Part shown: positions 18,683 to 27,826 of the stretch, piece after piece
Numbering within the stretch: position 1 is the first letter of the stretch
Layout of the letters: each line of letters begins with the position of its first letter
Assembly: GCA_036337435.1 (NCBI GenBank)
Contig: JAYZEG010000033.1
Span: 1,916 to 65,915 of the forward strand
Source of the DNA: Myxococcota bacterium
Lineage (GTDB): Bacteria > Myxococcota_A > Bradymonadia > UBA7976 > UBA1532
DNA: 64,000 bases
Reading direction: 5' to 3'
Made by a program: the position numbers and the translations under genes
Notes under the pieces: model-generated
What the model was told of the DNA's origin: nothing
The model's input: only the letters and a program-made list of their open reading frames with translations
Database searches by the model: none

Positions 18683-20302
18683 ATGATTTCAGTTTCAGAA
18701 GTGTCAATGAATTACGGAGAGCAAAACCTCTTCGAAAATGTAAATGTCGCCTTCAACTCCGGTGACCGGTACGGACTGACCGGTCCTAATGGCTCTGGTA
18801 AGTCCACCTTTATGAAAGTCCTGTCAGGGGACTTAGAAGCAATTACAGGTCACGTCAGTCGACCCAAGAAGCTAGGCGTTCTCAGACAAGATCATTACAT
18901 ATACGACGCAGAACGCGTCATCGACGTCGTCATCATGGGAAACGAACATCTTTGGAAGGCACTCGTTGAGAAGGAGGGTTTGCTTGAGCGCGGCGATGAG
19001 ATGACCGATGCTGAAGGGATGCGGCTCGGTGAGATCGAGATGATCATCGCGGAAGAAGATGGATATATGGCCGAAGCCGAGGCGGGCGAGCTCCTGGAAG
19101 GCTTGGGCATCGAGGAATCATTTCACTACGGCCCCCTTTCTGCTTTGACAGGTGGGGACAAAGTGCGTGTGCTACTGGCGCAGGCACTCTTCGGTAAGCC
19201 CGACGGGTTGCTCTTGGACGAACCGACAAATGCCTTGGACATCGCGTCAATTCGATGGCTAGAAGGCTTTTTAAAAAATTATATCGGTGTTCTCATCGTC
19301 ATTAGCCATGACAGGCATTTTCTCAACGAATGCTGCACTAAGATTGCCGATATCGACTATGAGACCATCATTATCTATCCGGGCAACTACGACGATATGG
19401 TCGAAGCCAAAGCGAAGGCCAGGGGCTCGTTAGAAATGGCCAATGCGGCAAAGGAACGAAAAATCGGACAGCTTCAGGACTTCGTGCAACGATTTCGGGC
19501 GGGGTCTCGCGCAAGTCAAGTCAAGAGCCGCGAAAAGCAATTGGAGAAAGAGCGAGAGGCACTGGGCCTCCTCAAGCGCTCCAACATTGCGAGGCCGTTC
19601 ATCCGCTTCGATTTGGCGCGTGCCAGCGGTAAACAAGTTCTCCAAGTCGAAAATCTATCAAAGCAATTCGAGACAGGCGTGATCTGCGAGGATTTCCATT
19701 TTAACATTTTCCGGGGCGAGAAGGTCGCTATCGTTGGGAAAAATGGCATTGGTAAAACGTCGATGCTTCGGCTCATGCTAGATGAGGTCCGTCCCGATGA
19801 AGGGACGGTCGAATGGGGCTATGAAACGCAAATTGGTTATATGCCGCAAGACCATGCTGAAATGATCGAAAAGTCGGAAGAGACAGCGCATCACTGGTTG
19901 TGGCGCTGGAATGATGAAGCAAGCGAGGAGCAACTGAGAAGCCTGTTCGGCCGACTCTTGTTCTCAAAGGACGAACCATTTAAGAGAACCAGTGTGCTAT
20001 CGGGTGGCGAGACAGTCCGCTTACTCTTGGCCAGACTGATGCTTCTCAAGCCAAATGTCTTATTGCTCGACGAGCCGACGAATCATCTCGATCTCGAATC
20101 GATTCGCTCTTTGACTGAGGCTCTGAGTCAATATGAGGGCACGTGCATCTTTGTCACTCACGACCGCCACATGGTGACGCAGGTAGCAGACCGCATCGTT
20201 GAAATGTCAAGTGACGGGATTCGCGAACTCAGTCCAGAGCAATTCGCAGACGGCGAATTCCTACCAAAAAAAGACAGTTATAAACAGGCAACGGGTTGGT
20301 AG
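18683..20302 (+). CDS. ybiT: ABC-F family ATPase, YbiT-like
   Basis: Two ABC cassettes (GPNGSGKSTF, GKNGIGKTS, LSGGE signatures) and no TM domain. By recall it is collinear with E. coli YbiT from MxxVSxVxMxxG through the C-terminus. Start taken at the Met of MISVSEVSMNYG. Confidence 0.9.
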   Translation: MISVSEVSMNYGEQNLFENVNVAFNSGDRYGLTGPNGSGKSTFMKVLSGDLEAITGHVSRPKKLGVLRQDHYIYDAERVIDVVIMGNEHLWKALVEKEGLLERGDEMTDAEGMRLGEIEMIIAEEDGYMAEAEAGELLEGLGIEESFHYGPLSALTGGDKVRVLLAQALFGKPDGLLLDEPTNALDIASIRWLEGFLKNYIGVLIVISHDRHFLNECCTKIADIDYETIIIYPGNYDDMVEAKAKARGSLEMANAAKERKIGQLQDFVQRFRAGSRASQVKSREKQLEKEREALGLLKRSNIARPFIRFDLARASGKQVLQVENLSKQFETGVICEDFHFNIFRGEKVAIVGKNGIGKTSMLRLMLDEVRPDEGTVEWGYETQIGYMPQDHAEMIEKSEETAHHWLWRWNDEASEEQLRSLFGRLLFSKDEPFKRTSVLSGGETVRLLLARLMLLKPNVLLLDEPTNHLDLESIRSLTEALSQYEGTCIFVTHDRHMVTQVADRIVEMSSDGIRELSPEQFADGEFLPKKDSYKQATGW

Positions 20303-20397
20303 TGTCGTTGAGTACAACGGCATTGACTGACCATTAAACTCGACGGTCCAAGTCGATGTTTCTTGCCTGAAGCATAGAACAAAGCCATGCTTTCGTA

Positions 20398-21144
20398 ATG
20401 AAGAGTGAGCGACTCGCCATATTTTTGTTCTTGGCTGCGACTGCCGCGACGGTGACGTGGTTTGCCATCGAGTTTAATGCCGATGGTCTCATCCGCAAAA
20501 ACGCGACCCGAATGGCCCTGACGGCAGGTATTTTTGTTTTCGCGTGCGCGTGGCTCAAGCTCCCAGCACCGAAAGATCGACGGAGCGTTCGGCGAGCTGT
20601 GATGTCCAACGTGACCCGTAACACGGCCGCACTGGCACTGATCGGATTGATGGGCTGGGGCATTTCTCAGTCTGTCGGTCAAGCAACTCGGGGATACCCA
20701 CCGCTTCAACCGGATACGGTCATCGTCCAACCTGCTGAATTGCCTGCTGAATTCTATACGATCACGGGTCGACCTGTATTGGATTCGACCTATCGCATGA
20801 GCGGCAGCGAAGGCCAACATGTGCTCGTGCCAATCGATCGCTATGAGGGCCGTGTTTTGGCCATGCTCGAGGATCTACCAACACGTCCAAACCAACTCAA
20901 AATCACGGGCTTGCTGAGGACAGACGTTCGCAGTGTACAAAGAAGCCAAAAGGGCCAAATAGATGGCCCTTTTTTGGGGCTGTATCGGGAACGAATGGGG
21001 CTTCCTGCAGGTACTCGAATTTACTTTCTCGACACCAGTAAACGGGCTGGACTGACCTTAGGAGCGATTCTGTGGATCTTGGTTCCCCTGTATTTCGGGT
21101 TGCTTATTTTAAGCCAACCGGTCCGACGTCGGTCATCGTCATAG
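20398..21144 (+). CDS. Hypothetical integral membrane protein
   Basis: Hydrophobic helices at the N-terminus (x3) and C-terminus (LTLGAILWILVPLYFGLLILS). The 180-aa ORF on the opposite strand is Arg/His/Cys-rich and looks spurious. Confidence 0.6.
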   Translation: MKSERLAIFLFLAATAATVTWFAIEFNADGLIRKNATRMALTAGIFVFACAWLKLPAPKDRRSVRRAVMSNVTRNTAALALIGLMGWGISQSVGQATRGYPPLQPDTVIVQPAELPAEFYTITGRPVLDSTYRMSGSEGQHVLVPIDRYEGRVLAMLEDLPTRPNQLKITGLLRTDVRSVQRSQKGQIDGPFLGLYRERMGLPAGTRIYFLDTSKRAGLTLGAILWILVPLYFGLLILSQPVRRRSSS

Positions 21145-21154
21145 GTGACTCGAA

Positions 21155-22345
21155 TCAGGAGTGTCTCGGGGCTCGATATGGGTCTTTTTGATCACTCGTC
21201 TGCTCAACGTCGTCCGCAAGCTGTCTCGGTACGTGCAAACCAATTCGACTAATCACTTCATAATTGATGGTACCCGCCCAATCTCCATGCTGCTCGGCTG
21301 TTACTTCGTCGGTCCCTTGGCGTCCGAGGATAACGACGACGTCTTCAAGCTCAGCATCAGGAATGTCGGTGACGTCAATCATCATCATATTCATGCAGAC
21401 TCGCCCGCGAATCGCCGCTCGTTTACCCCGACACAAAACATGGCCCAAGTTGCTTAACGCCCGATCTAGGCCATCGAAATATCCAATTGGAAGAATGGCA
21501 ATTCGCGAGGCATGACTGGTCATGAATGTGCAGCCATAGCCGATGAATTGGCCGGCTGGGACGTCTTTGATTTGAACGATGCGGGTTTTCCATTGCAAAG
21601 CGGGCCGCAGATTGACTGTCGAACGACCGATCAAAGAGGCAGCGATCTGAGTTTCTTTCGAGGGCCACAGCCCATACCCGGAAATCCCGACGCGAACGAG
21701 GTCAAATTGCTGGTCTGGCCAAAGGAGCGTCGCAGCCGAATTAGACAAATGCTTAATCGGAATCCGATGTCCGGAATCCTCCAGTAAGCGAACAGCACTT
21801 GAGAAAAGGTCAAGTTGCTGTCGAGCGTAACGATGGTCGGTGGTATCCTCAATGTTGGCAAAGTGACTACACAGCCCCTCCAAAAAAATTCCGGCGTGTG
21901 AACGAGAGATCAATTCTGCCAATTCAAGCGCGTCCTCACGAGGCACCCCTTGTCGGTTATTCCCCGTTTCCAATTTGATGTGGAGTCGGACTGAAACACC
22001 AAGTTCGTCAAGGCGGACGACTGTCTCACGATTGTAGACCACCATTCGAAGATCTAGACCATCGAGTCGGGGCAACTGCCTCAAGCCTACTGGCCCCATC
22101 AAATAAATAGGGACGGTGATTCCAGCGTCCCGCAAAACCTCCGCATCTTCAATTGAATGTACGGAGAGCCAATCCGCGCCACCCTTGACGAACGCTCGTG
22201 CACTCTCGACTAAGCCATGTCCGTAGCCGTTCGCCTTCACTGTTAATGCCAAGATTACATCGGGCCCGACCAACGCCCGAAAAAGCCTGACATTGTGCAT
22301 CAAAGCGGATTCATCAATTTCACACCAGACCAGAGACACGCCCAC
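21155..22345 (-). CDS. alr: Alanine racemase
   Basis: PLP-Lys motif VKANGYGHG and the C-terminal beta-domain pattern (GYGxxF, VCMNMMMIDV). GTG at 22345, or GTG at 22339, which is better spaced from GGAG. Confidence 0.9.
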   Translation of the reverse strand: MGVSLVWCEIDESALMHNVRLFRALVGPDVILALTVKANGYGHGLVESARAFVKGGADWLSVHSIEDAEVLRDAGITVPIYLMGPVGLRQLPRLDGLDLRMVVYNRETVVRLDELGVSVRLHIKLETGNNRQGVPREDALELAELISRSHAGIFLEGLCSHFANIEDTTDHRYARQQLDLFSSAVRLLEDSGHRIPIKHLSNSAATLLWPDQQFDLVRVGISGYGLWPSKETQIAASLIGRSTVNLRPALQWKTRIVQIKDVPAGQFIGYGCTFMTSHASRIAILPIGYFDGLDRALSNLGHVLCRGKRAAIRGRVCMNMMMIDVTDIPDAELEDVVVILGRQGTDEVTAEQHGDWAGTINYEVISRIGLHVPRQLADDVEQTSDQKDPYRAPRHS

Positions 22346-22357
22346 TCCGTATTCAGC

Positions 22358-22378
22358 GTCGACTCACCATGAGTCGAC
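22358..22378. promoter_or_regulatory. Perfect palindrome GTCGACTCA-CCA-TGAGTCGAC in the alr / DUF218 divergent spacer
   Basis: Read directly: 9-bp arms with a 3-bp centre, 13-19 nt upstream of the alr start. Confidence 0.35.
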
Positions 22379-22496
22379 CTAGCTTAGCTCACTTTATGTC
22401 AGCGGTGCTATAGATTGCCTCGCATCGGGAATCAAGAACCACGCCACAGCAACGCTGTAGCAACATAATCAATCTGAGTCGTGTATACTTCCCGCA

Positions 22497-23075
22497 ATGA
22501 CTAAAAAAAACCGCCATTTTGAAGAAGGACAGCGTTATCGAACCGCGGCGTTGATCGCGTGTACAGGTGGGTTGAGCGTTGTTGTCGCACTCGGATGGGT
22601 CATCCGCTCAAAGAATCAGATTGAGATTTCATCTTCAAAAGCTGTGTATCCAGCACTTGTATTCGGCTGTCCGCCGGGACCGGCGTTGACTGCTCGAACC
22701 TTGGCAGCGGTTGAGCTGGTTAAAAATGGATTTGCAGACCGAATTATCGTGTCTGGTCGAGGTGAGGCAACCCAGGCCTATGACATGTTGGTCGCTCATG
22801 GCGTCGATGACAAACGAATCGATGTAGAAGCCAAGGCTCGCAACACAATGGAGAACCTTATTTTCTCGGCACCACTTCTGAAGGGACAAACATTCTGGGC
22901 TGTCAGCGACCGATGGCATTTGCCCCGCATAAAGTCCATCGCCCGAACGCTGGACATGGACGCAATTCCTCACCCTGTCGACCGTGTTCAACCGATGATA
23001 AGCTATGCCAAGCAACTCGTACGTGAAGGCCTATCGGTTACTCACAGATGGGCGAATCCGGTTCTCTCATTGTAG
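22497..23075 (+). CDS. DUF218 (YdcF/ElyC/SanA-like) domain protein
   Basis: N-terminal TM helix followed by a DUF218-like core (RIIVSGRGEA ... NTMENL ... VSDRWHLPR). Confidence 0.7.
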   Translation: MTKKNRHFEEGQRYRTAALIACTGGLSVVVALGWVIRSKNQIEISSSKAVYPALVFGCPPGPALTARTLAAVELVKNGFADRIIVSGRGEATQAYDMLVAHGVDDKRIDVEAKARNTMENLIFSAPLLKGQTFWAVSDRWHLPRIKSIARTLDMDAIPHPVDRVQPMISYAKQLVREGLSVTHRWANPVLSL

Positions 23076-23621
23076 TGTGCTGGGGCTGCCCACCAGTTGC
23101 GCTGGGTCGATTCCGAATTGGCGAATGCTCCGTTCCCAGACTTCGTTGGCAGGCCATTCAAAGACCATTTCCGGGCGTACAGCACAATGAAGCCAGGACC
23201 CTTCAGCAATTTCCTGCTCTAGTTGTCCAGGCCCCCAGCCTGCGTATCCGATTATCAGTCGCAGATCGGGTTCATTCGCTTCGAATAACTGCTCCAATGC
23301 AGTTTTGCTTCGGCTGACCCCAAAAGCGTCATCTATGACCTGGGTTTCATCAAATGACCAAGTCGGTGCATGAACCATCCAAAGAGATTGTCGTTCTACC
23401 GGCCCTCCACGCCGCAAATGAATATGATGCCCGACACTCCAATCCAGGTTAAATGTTCGTGCGACCTCACCGCAGAGGTGCTCCGTCTCGTGATTGATGA
23501 CAAGGCCTAACGCACCTTCATCGGTATGTTCGACCATCAAAATCACCGACCTGTGGAAATTGGGGTCAAGTAATTGCGGCATCGCGATCAAGACACCGGG
23601 TGCTGCTTGAAATCTCTCCAT
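23067..23621 (-). CDS. yqgE: YqgE/AlgH family protein (UPF0301)
   Basis: The family-typical N-terminus [33 protein letters not shown] and the segment [15 protein letters not shown] overlaps the upstream stop (TAATG). Confidence 0.9.
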   Translation of the reverse strand: MERFQAAPGVLIAMPQLLDPNFHRSVILMVEHTDEGALGLVINHETEHLCGEVARTFNLDWSVGHHIHLRRGGPVERQSLWMVHAPTWSFDETQVIDDAFGVSRSKTALEQLFEANEPDLRLIIGYAGWGPGQLEQEIAEGSWLHCAVRPEMVFEWPANEVWERSIRQFGIDPAQLVGSPSTLQ

Positions 23622-25093
23622 TAACGGACACCAAGTTGGGTCATTATGGTCGACGGTCGCCTAAACAAACCACGGACGATGAGGTCATCCCAACCCGTTG
23701 GATCAAGAACGCTGGCAATGGACCACTCACCGAACTCACCATCACCACCTAATTCGACCCGCGCTTGGCGTTCATTGATGACTTTGCCCTCGCTGGTCCG
23801 TAAACGTTCCAGAAAGATCTTGCGAGCTGATGCGATGGGTGCCGGCTGTTGATTATATAAGTTTCGACCCCGAAGATGTTCAATGTCGGAGACAACTGCA
23901 ACATCGCCATTGTGTAATTCGACGAGGGTTCCCACTGGAAGAAGACCTACAACAGCGAGGAAAACCCGTATGATACCAGCATCGAGGGCCGGGGGTGGAT
24001 TCGTTAACAGTTCAAGTCCGACAGCAATGGGAGACCGCGCTTTGCCTTTCTCACCGTGACGGACTTGCTGAAGATTGTAACGACTCAGCCCAAGCAACTG
24101 ACTCCATGGGTGGGCACTCGGACTTTTGGGTGCCTCGTTTAACCCATTCTCGTCCTTGAGGGTCTCACGCCACCCAACGGCCGCTGAGACTCGATTGACT
24201 AACAGATGGTTGTACGCTGCGCCCTCCACGAGCTGACGAAGTGCGAAGGACGCCACAGCTTTGTCCACGGAGATGTTGGCTGGGTCTGGATTTGGATAGG
24301 CATGCCCTGCTGAATGCAGAATCCCAGCGGTCGCTAAGTTTGAACATTCAACAGCTGATAAACCTAAGCCACGACCGAAAGCAGCTGCAAGAATCGCGCA
24401 ATCAACTGCGTTACGCGCACTGCTCCAATTTGCACCTGTCAATGTCATTGCGACCAGTAAATCTTGTTCCGTTGCGCAGGCATCAACCAATTGCTGGGCC
24501 GTACGTCGTGCGATGCGGACCTCGATGGGACGGCGCTGCAACAAGTCGTCGATACCGGCGGTTGCTTTGGCATAATTCCATAAAGTAGAGACGCCACGAA
24601 CCCCTTGACCAACCCCGTCAAGTCGGAGCGGCTGTGGCGCAAGTTTGAGCTGTGATATCCCCAATTCGATAAGACGATACTGTAGTGACTGAAATTGACT
24701 CTCGGTGTCTTCGGGTGGCCGATGACGGGCAAATTCGAAAAAGAAGGTTTTAAGCTGTTCTTCGTTTGGTCGCTCGCCAAAGATGACGCCGCCGGCTTCG
24801 CGACGCGCCAAATAGCGTTCTAATTCTTGAGCTTGTTCAAGTGTCCCTCGGTCTAACCAAAGTGCATGACTATTGATCTGCGCAATTCCTTCATGGACAA
24901 CAAAGCTGATGGAGCGGCGCTCCAAGCGAATCAACGCATCGAGTGCTTCCGTCAGTTTTTCGATGGGGCGGATCCAAGCCTCATTGTTCAAGTCATGAAT
25001 CTCACCCGTTTTTAGAAGTGAGAACACGTAAATGAGTAAGTTTTTGCCCGCGGATTGAACCTTGTCATGGCTATCTCTCGTGGTGATATTCAT
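23621..25093 (-). CDS. Degenerate (probably non-catalytic) HD-GYP-like domain protein
   Basis: NAVDCAILAAAFGRGLGLS...LATAGILHSAGH aligns by eye to the HD-GYP H...LGL...AGLLHDIGK region with the metal ligands replaced. The C-terminal FLAVVGLLPVGTLVELHNGDVAVV matches the HD-GYP tail. ATG at 25093 lies 1 nt after the upstream stop. Confidence 0.7.
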   Translation of the reverse strand: MNITTRDSHDKVQSAGKNLLIYVFSLLKTGEIHDLNNEAWIRPIEKLTEALDALIRLERRSISFVVHEGIAQINSHALWLDRGTLEQAQELERYLARREAGGVIFGERPNEEQLKTFFFEFARHRPPEDTESQFQSLQYRLIELGISQLKLAPQPLRLDGVGQGVRGVSTLWNYAKATAGIDDLLQRRPIEVRIARRTAQQLVDACATEQDLLVAMTLTGANWSSARNAVDCAILAAAFGRGLGLSAVECSNLATAGILHSAGHAYPNPDPANISVDKAVASFALRQLVEGAAYNHLLVNRVSAAVGWRETLKDENGLNEAPKSPSAHPWSQLLGLSRYNLQQVRHGEKGKARSPIAVGLELLTNPPPALDAGIIRVFLAVVGLLPVGTLVELHNGDVAVVSDIEHLRGRNLYNQQPAPIASARKIFLERLRTSEGKVINERQARVELGGDGEFGEWSIASVLDPTGWDDLIVRGLFRRPSTIMTQLGVR

Positions 25094-25094
25094 A

Positions 25095-27704
25095 TCACTT
25101 CTCCGGCTCAGCTTCGACGTAGGCCTTGAGAAGGTCACTCAAAGCGTCTTCGCCACCAGGCTGAGCCGCCTCCCCCGCTCCATTACCCTTGTCGTCCTTG
25201 GGATCGTTGGTTCTATCTGTGTTCTCAACTCGAACCTCTTCGGCAAGAATCTGTGGGGCTGGCGCATCGGGATATCGTGCGTCGTGGCCGACATCGTGGT
25301 CGGCACTCGATGCCTCCTGCGATTCATCTAGATAGTCTTTCAGCAAACTGTTCATGTCGGGTGTTGACTCAGGCGTTGACTCACCAAAGGCAGCGGGCGC
25401 GTCTCCTGATCCACCGAGATAGGCTTGTAATAGGTCGTCGACCTGCTCTGGCGACTGTGGCTCAGCTCGCCGCGGTGACCGCGAGCGTTCGATGATGCGC
25501 GGCGGGGGCAAAGTGGTTTTCGCCCGTTGCCTGACATCCATCGTTTGCTGACTGACTCCAATCAGCCCGAGATCAACGTCCACCACTTGAAACCGCTCAC
25601 CCGATAGGACAGCGGGTGCCGCGACAAGGCGACGCCGATCCCATACGTCTAGAAAATCCTGATGATTCAATAACGGCGATGGACCCAAATCGGCCATCCC
25701 GGTGGCCACCACGGACACGACCGATGGACCCGTCTGAGGCGCATTCGGTGCCGGAGGTGCATCCGCTCGGTGCTCGTTGGCTTGAGTCACAGCTGACTGG
25801 GCAGCTCGACGAGATTTAGCGTGGGCAATCTTGGCCTCGATGTCATGGTAACCGAGGTCATCCAATGTGAATAAGAGGTGCCTGCCCATTCGGTGCTCGC
25901 CGATGGATAAGTCCTCATCAGCTGGCCCTTCGTCTGATAGCTCAAACTGCTCCTGGTCATCGTCGCTTGAAGCGCGCTGAGAGAGACGGATGACGACGTC
26001 GCAATGGGCAGCCAAACTGAGGTCAGCGCGCGTCTTGACCTCACGGATCAGCGCATTGGCCGCTGGGGTATTCATCACGCCGAGCGCTGAGATGACAGCC
26101 CGACGCGTGATGTTGTCGGTGACGCCGCTGGCTCCCCTTTTCAGGAGCTTACTCAATCCGCTCGTTTCCTCGAGCTGCAAACGTTCTTTGAGCAGGTCGA
26201 GGTGTTTTTCTCCGGACAGACGAACAAGAGATTCCATCAGCTCACGTTGCTCATCTTCACCTCGAGAAAAGAATTCTCCCGATTTGATTGAGTGGGCGAA
26301 ATAAGTCACAACGGACTTGTCGTTCACGTCAACGAATCGCTTGAGAACGGCCCGTCTAACCGTGGGTTCCGGATCTTTGAGTAGGGGCAGCAAAGCCTCC
26401 CTAATTTCAAGGTCATACTGTTCCGACAGCCCTTCTATGGCCTTCGTTCGCACAGACCCCTCAGGATGTTTAAAGGCGTCGACAAGCAGAGATTTCGCCT
26501 GGGTTTCGAGGCCACTGCTCATGATCACGTCGATGACTTCAAGAACAATACCTGGGTTCGGATCACGCATACGCTCGGCCCACGGATCGAGGGACGAAGT
26601 GCCCTGACGCCTGAGCTGATCTTTAAGCCAGTCCCGCCCACTCACGTTGCCGCAGCCGTTGACAAGTTCGAGCAATGTTGGCGCGGTCAGTTCTTCAGCA
26701 ACGTGAAAAAACCATCGACTCCATGTTGTAAAATCAGTGTGTTCAGGGTCCAGGTGTTCTGCCACTTGCTCGGCCATATCTCGGCCCATAACAACCTTAC
26801 GCAGTTTCTCTAAGCGCTCCAGTATGAGCGGCGAGAATGCATCTCTGACATCAAAAATGGTCTTCACAGTCCGCATAGCGTCTGCAAAACCTTGCCAATC
26901 TGCATCAGCGAGATAGGAGCTGAGCACGCGAACCCAGATCCCCTGTAGTTCAGCGTTGCTCAGCGCATTTCTCTCGGCGAGTGCCTGGCAAACACAGAGG
27001 TGAACCAAATGATTGGTATGAGCACCCAAGGTTGTTTCGGTGTTAAATAAGCCGCGCCCTTGACTGTCATCGGCCCCAAGTGCTTTTCGAATTTTCCGCT
27101 GTTCGACATCAGCGCGATCAACATCCTCACGGGAATCTAAGCGAACCATTGCTCGGGGTTCGGCATCATCCTCGTCGTCGTCATCCATCTCAACCAAGCC
27201 GGGTGCAATGTCATCTAGCACGGTCCTGAATTGCTGAATAAACTCAGCCTCGGACATAAAGATCTTCTCGGTGAATGTGTCGATGGCAATTATGGTGATA
27301 TGAGGACTCGAGTCCTGCCACATCATGGTGACGAAATCTTCATCGATCTGGTCTGCGCTCCGACACTCGGAGAACCGGCGGACTAAGCCTTCTAACTCGT
27401 CGTAGTCAACACCGGGCCGAAAGGTTAGTCTCCGTAGGCCCTGGCGGAAGAGGTCAAATGCCAAGTTATTGGTGCGGGCTTCAGATTTGTAGACCTCGTC
27501 ATCTTCACCCATCATGATGCGGTTACTCGAGATGTCGAGTTCAAACTCGCCCAATTGACCGACTGCACGCTGCAGGATGTCGAAGATGCTCTTTACCGCA
27601 TTTTCGTAGTCGGAGCGGTTTTCATTTAGCAAGGGGGCTGCGTCACGGATGCGCTTCAATAAGTCGCGTACGAGCTGCCCACCACCGTCATTCGCTACCA
27701 CCAC
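25095..27704 (-). CDS. Large HEAT-repeat protein (869 aa), function unknown
   Basis: GTG start at 27704 has AGGAGG 9 nt upstream. HEAT-like repeats are present (HPEGSVRTKAIEGL, LLPLLKDPEPTVRRAVLKRF), along with an acidic linker (DDDDEDDAE) and a Pro-rich, low-complexity C-terminal tail. Confidence 0.75.
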   Translation of the reverse strand: MVVANDGGGQLVRDLLKRIRDAAPLLNENRSDYENAVKSIFDILQRAVGQLGEFELDISSNRIMMGEDDEVYKSEARTNNLAFDLFRQGLRRLTFRPGVDYDELEGLVRRFSECRSADQIDEDFVTMMWQDSSPHITIIAIDTFTEKIFMSEAEFIQQFRTVLDDIAPGLVEMDDDDEDDAEPRAMVRLDSREDVDRADVEQRKIRKALGADDSQGRGLFNTETTLGAHTNHLVHLCVCQALAERNALSNAELQGIWVRVLSSYLADADWQGFADAMRTVKTIFDVRDAFSPLILERLEKLRKVVMGRDMAEQVAEHLDPEHTDFTTWSRWFFHVAEELTAPTLLELVNGCGNVSGRDWLKDQLRRQGTSSLDPWAERMRDPNPGIVLEVIDVIMSSGLETQAKSLLVDAFKHPEGSVRTKAIEGLSEQYDLEIREALLPLLKDPEPTVRRAVLKRFVDVNDKSVVTYFAHSIKSGEFFSRGEDEQRELMESLVRLSGEKHLDLLKERLQLEETSGLSKLLKRGASGVTDNITRRAVISALGVMNTPAANALIREVKTRADLSLAAHCDVVIRLSQRASSDDDQEQFELSDEGPADEDLSIGEHRMGRHLLFTLDDLGYHDIEAKIAHAKSRRAAQSAVTQANEHRADAPPAPNAPQTGPSVVSVVATGMADLGPSPLLNHQDFLDVWDRRRLVAAPAVLSGERFQVVDVDLGLIGVSQQTMDVRQRAKTTLPPPRIIERSRSPRRAEPQSPEQVDDLLQAYLGGSGDAPAAFGESTPESTPDMNSLLKDYLDESQEASSADHDVGHDARYPDAPAPQILAEEVRVENTDRTNDPKDDKGNGAGEAAQPGGEDALSDLLKAYVEAEPEK

Positions 27705-27826
27705 TAGAAAACGCCTCCTGCATTTGCGTCATCGAGGAGAGCGTAGCCTGGAAAAGGGCTTTCGACAATCTTCGCGATGCCACAATTTTAGATTTATTTA
27801 GTCCCCGTCTCCAAAAGAGCTTATTT

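Noticed and set aside
20278-20820. 180-aa minus-strand ORF opposite the 248-aa membrane protein gene
   Set aside because: Its composition is Arg/His/Cys-rich and it has no RBS. The plus-strand product has coherent TM helices and an ATG start, so I kept that one, at moderate confidence.
25095-25138. Apparent 44-nt overlap, or possible frameshift or fusion, between the 869-aa and 505-aa ORFs
   Set aside because: An in-frame ATG at 25093, 1 nt after the upstream stop, gives a normal stop-restart junction. No frameshift needs to be invoked.
27711-27740. Possible RBS-sequestering hairpin (CTCCT ... AGGAG) in the leader of the 869-aa gene
   Set aside because: The stem is only 5-6 bp including a wobble pair, which is expected by chance whenever an AGGAGG RBS is present.
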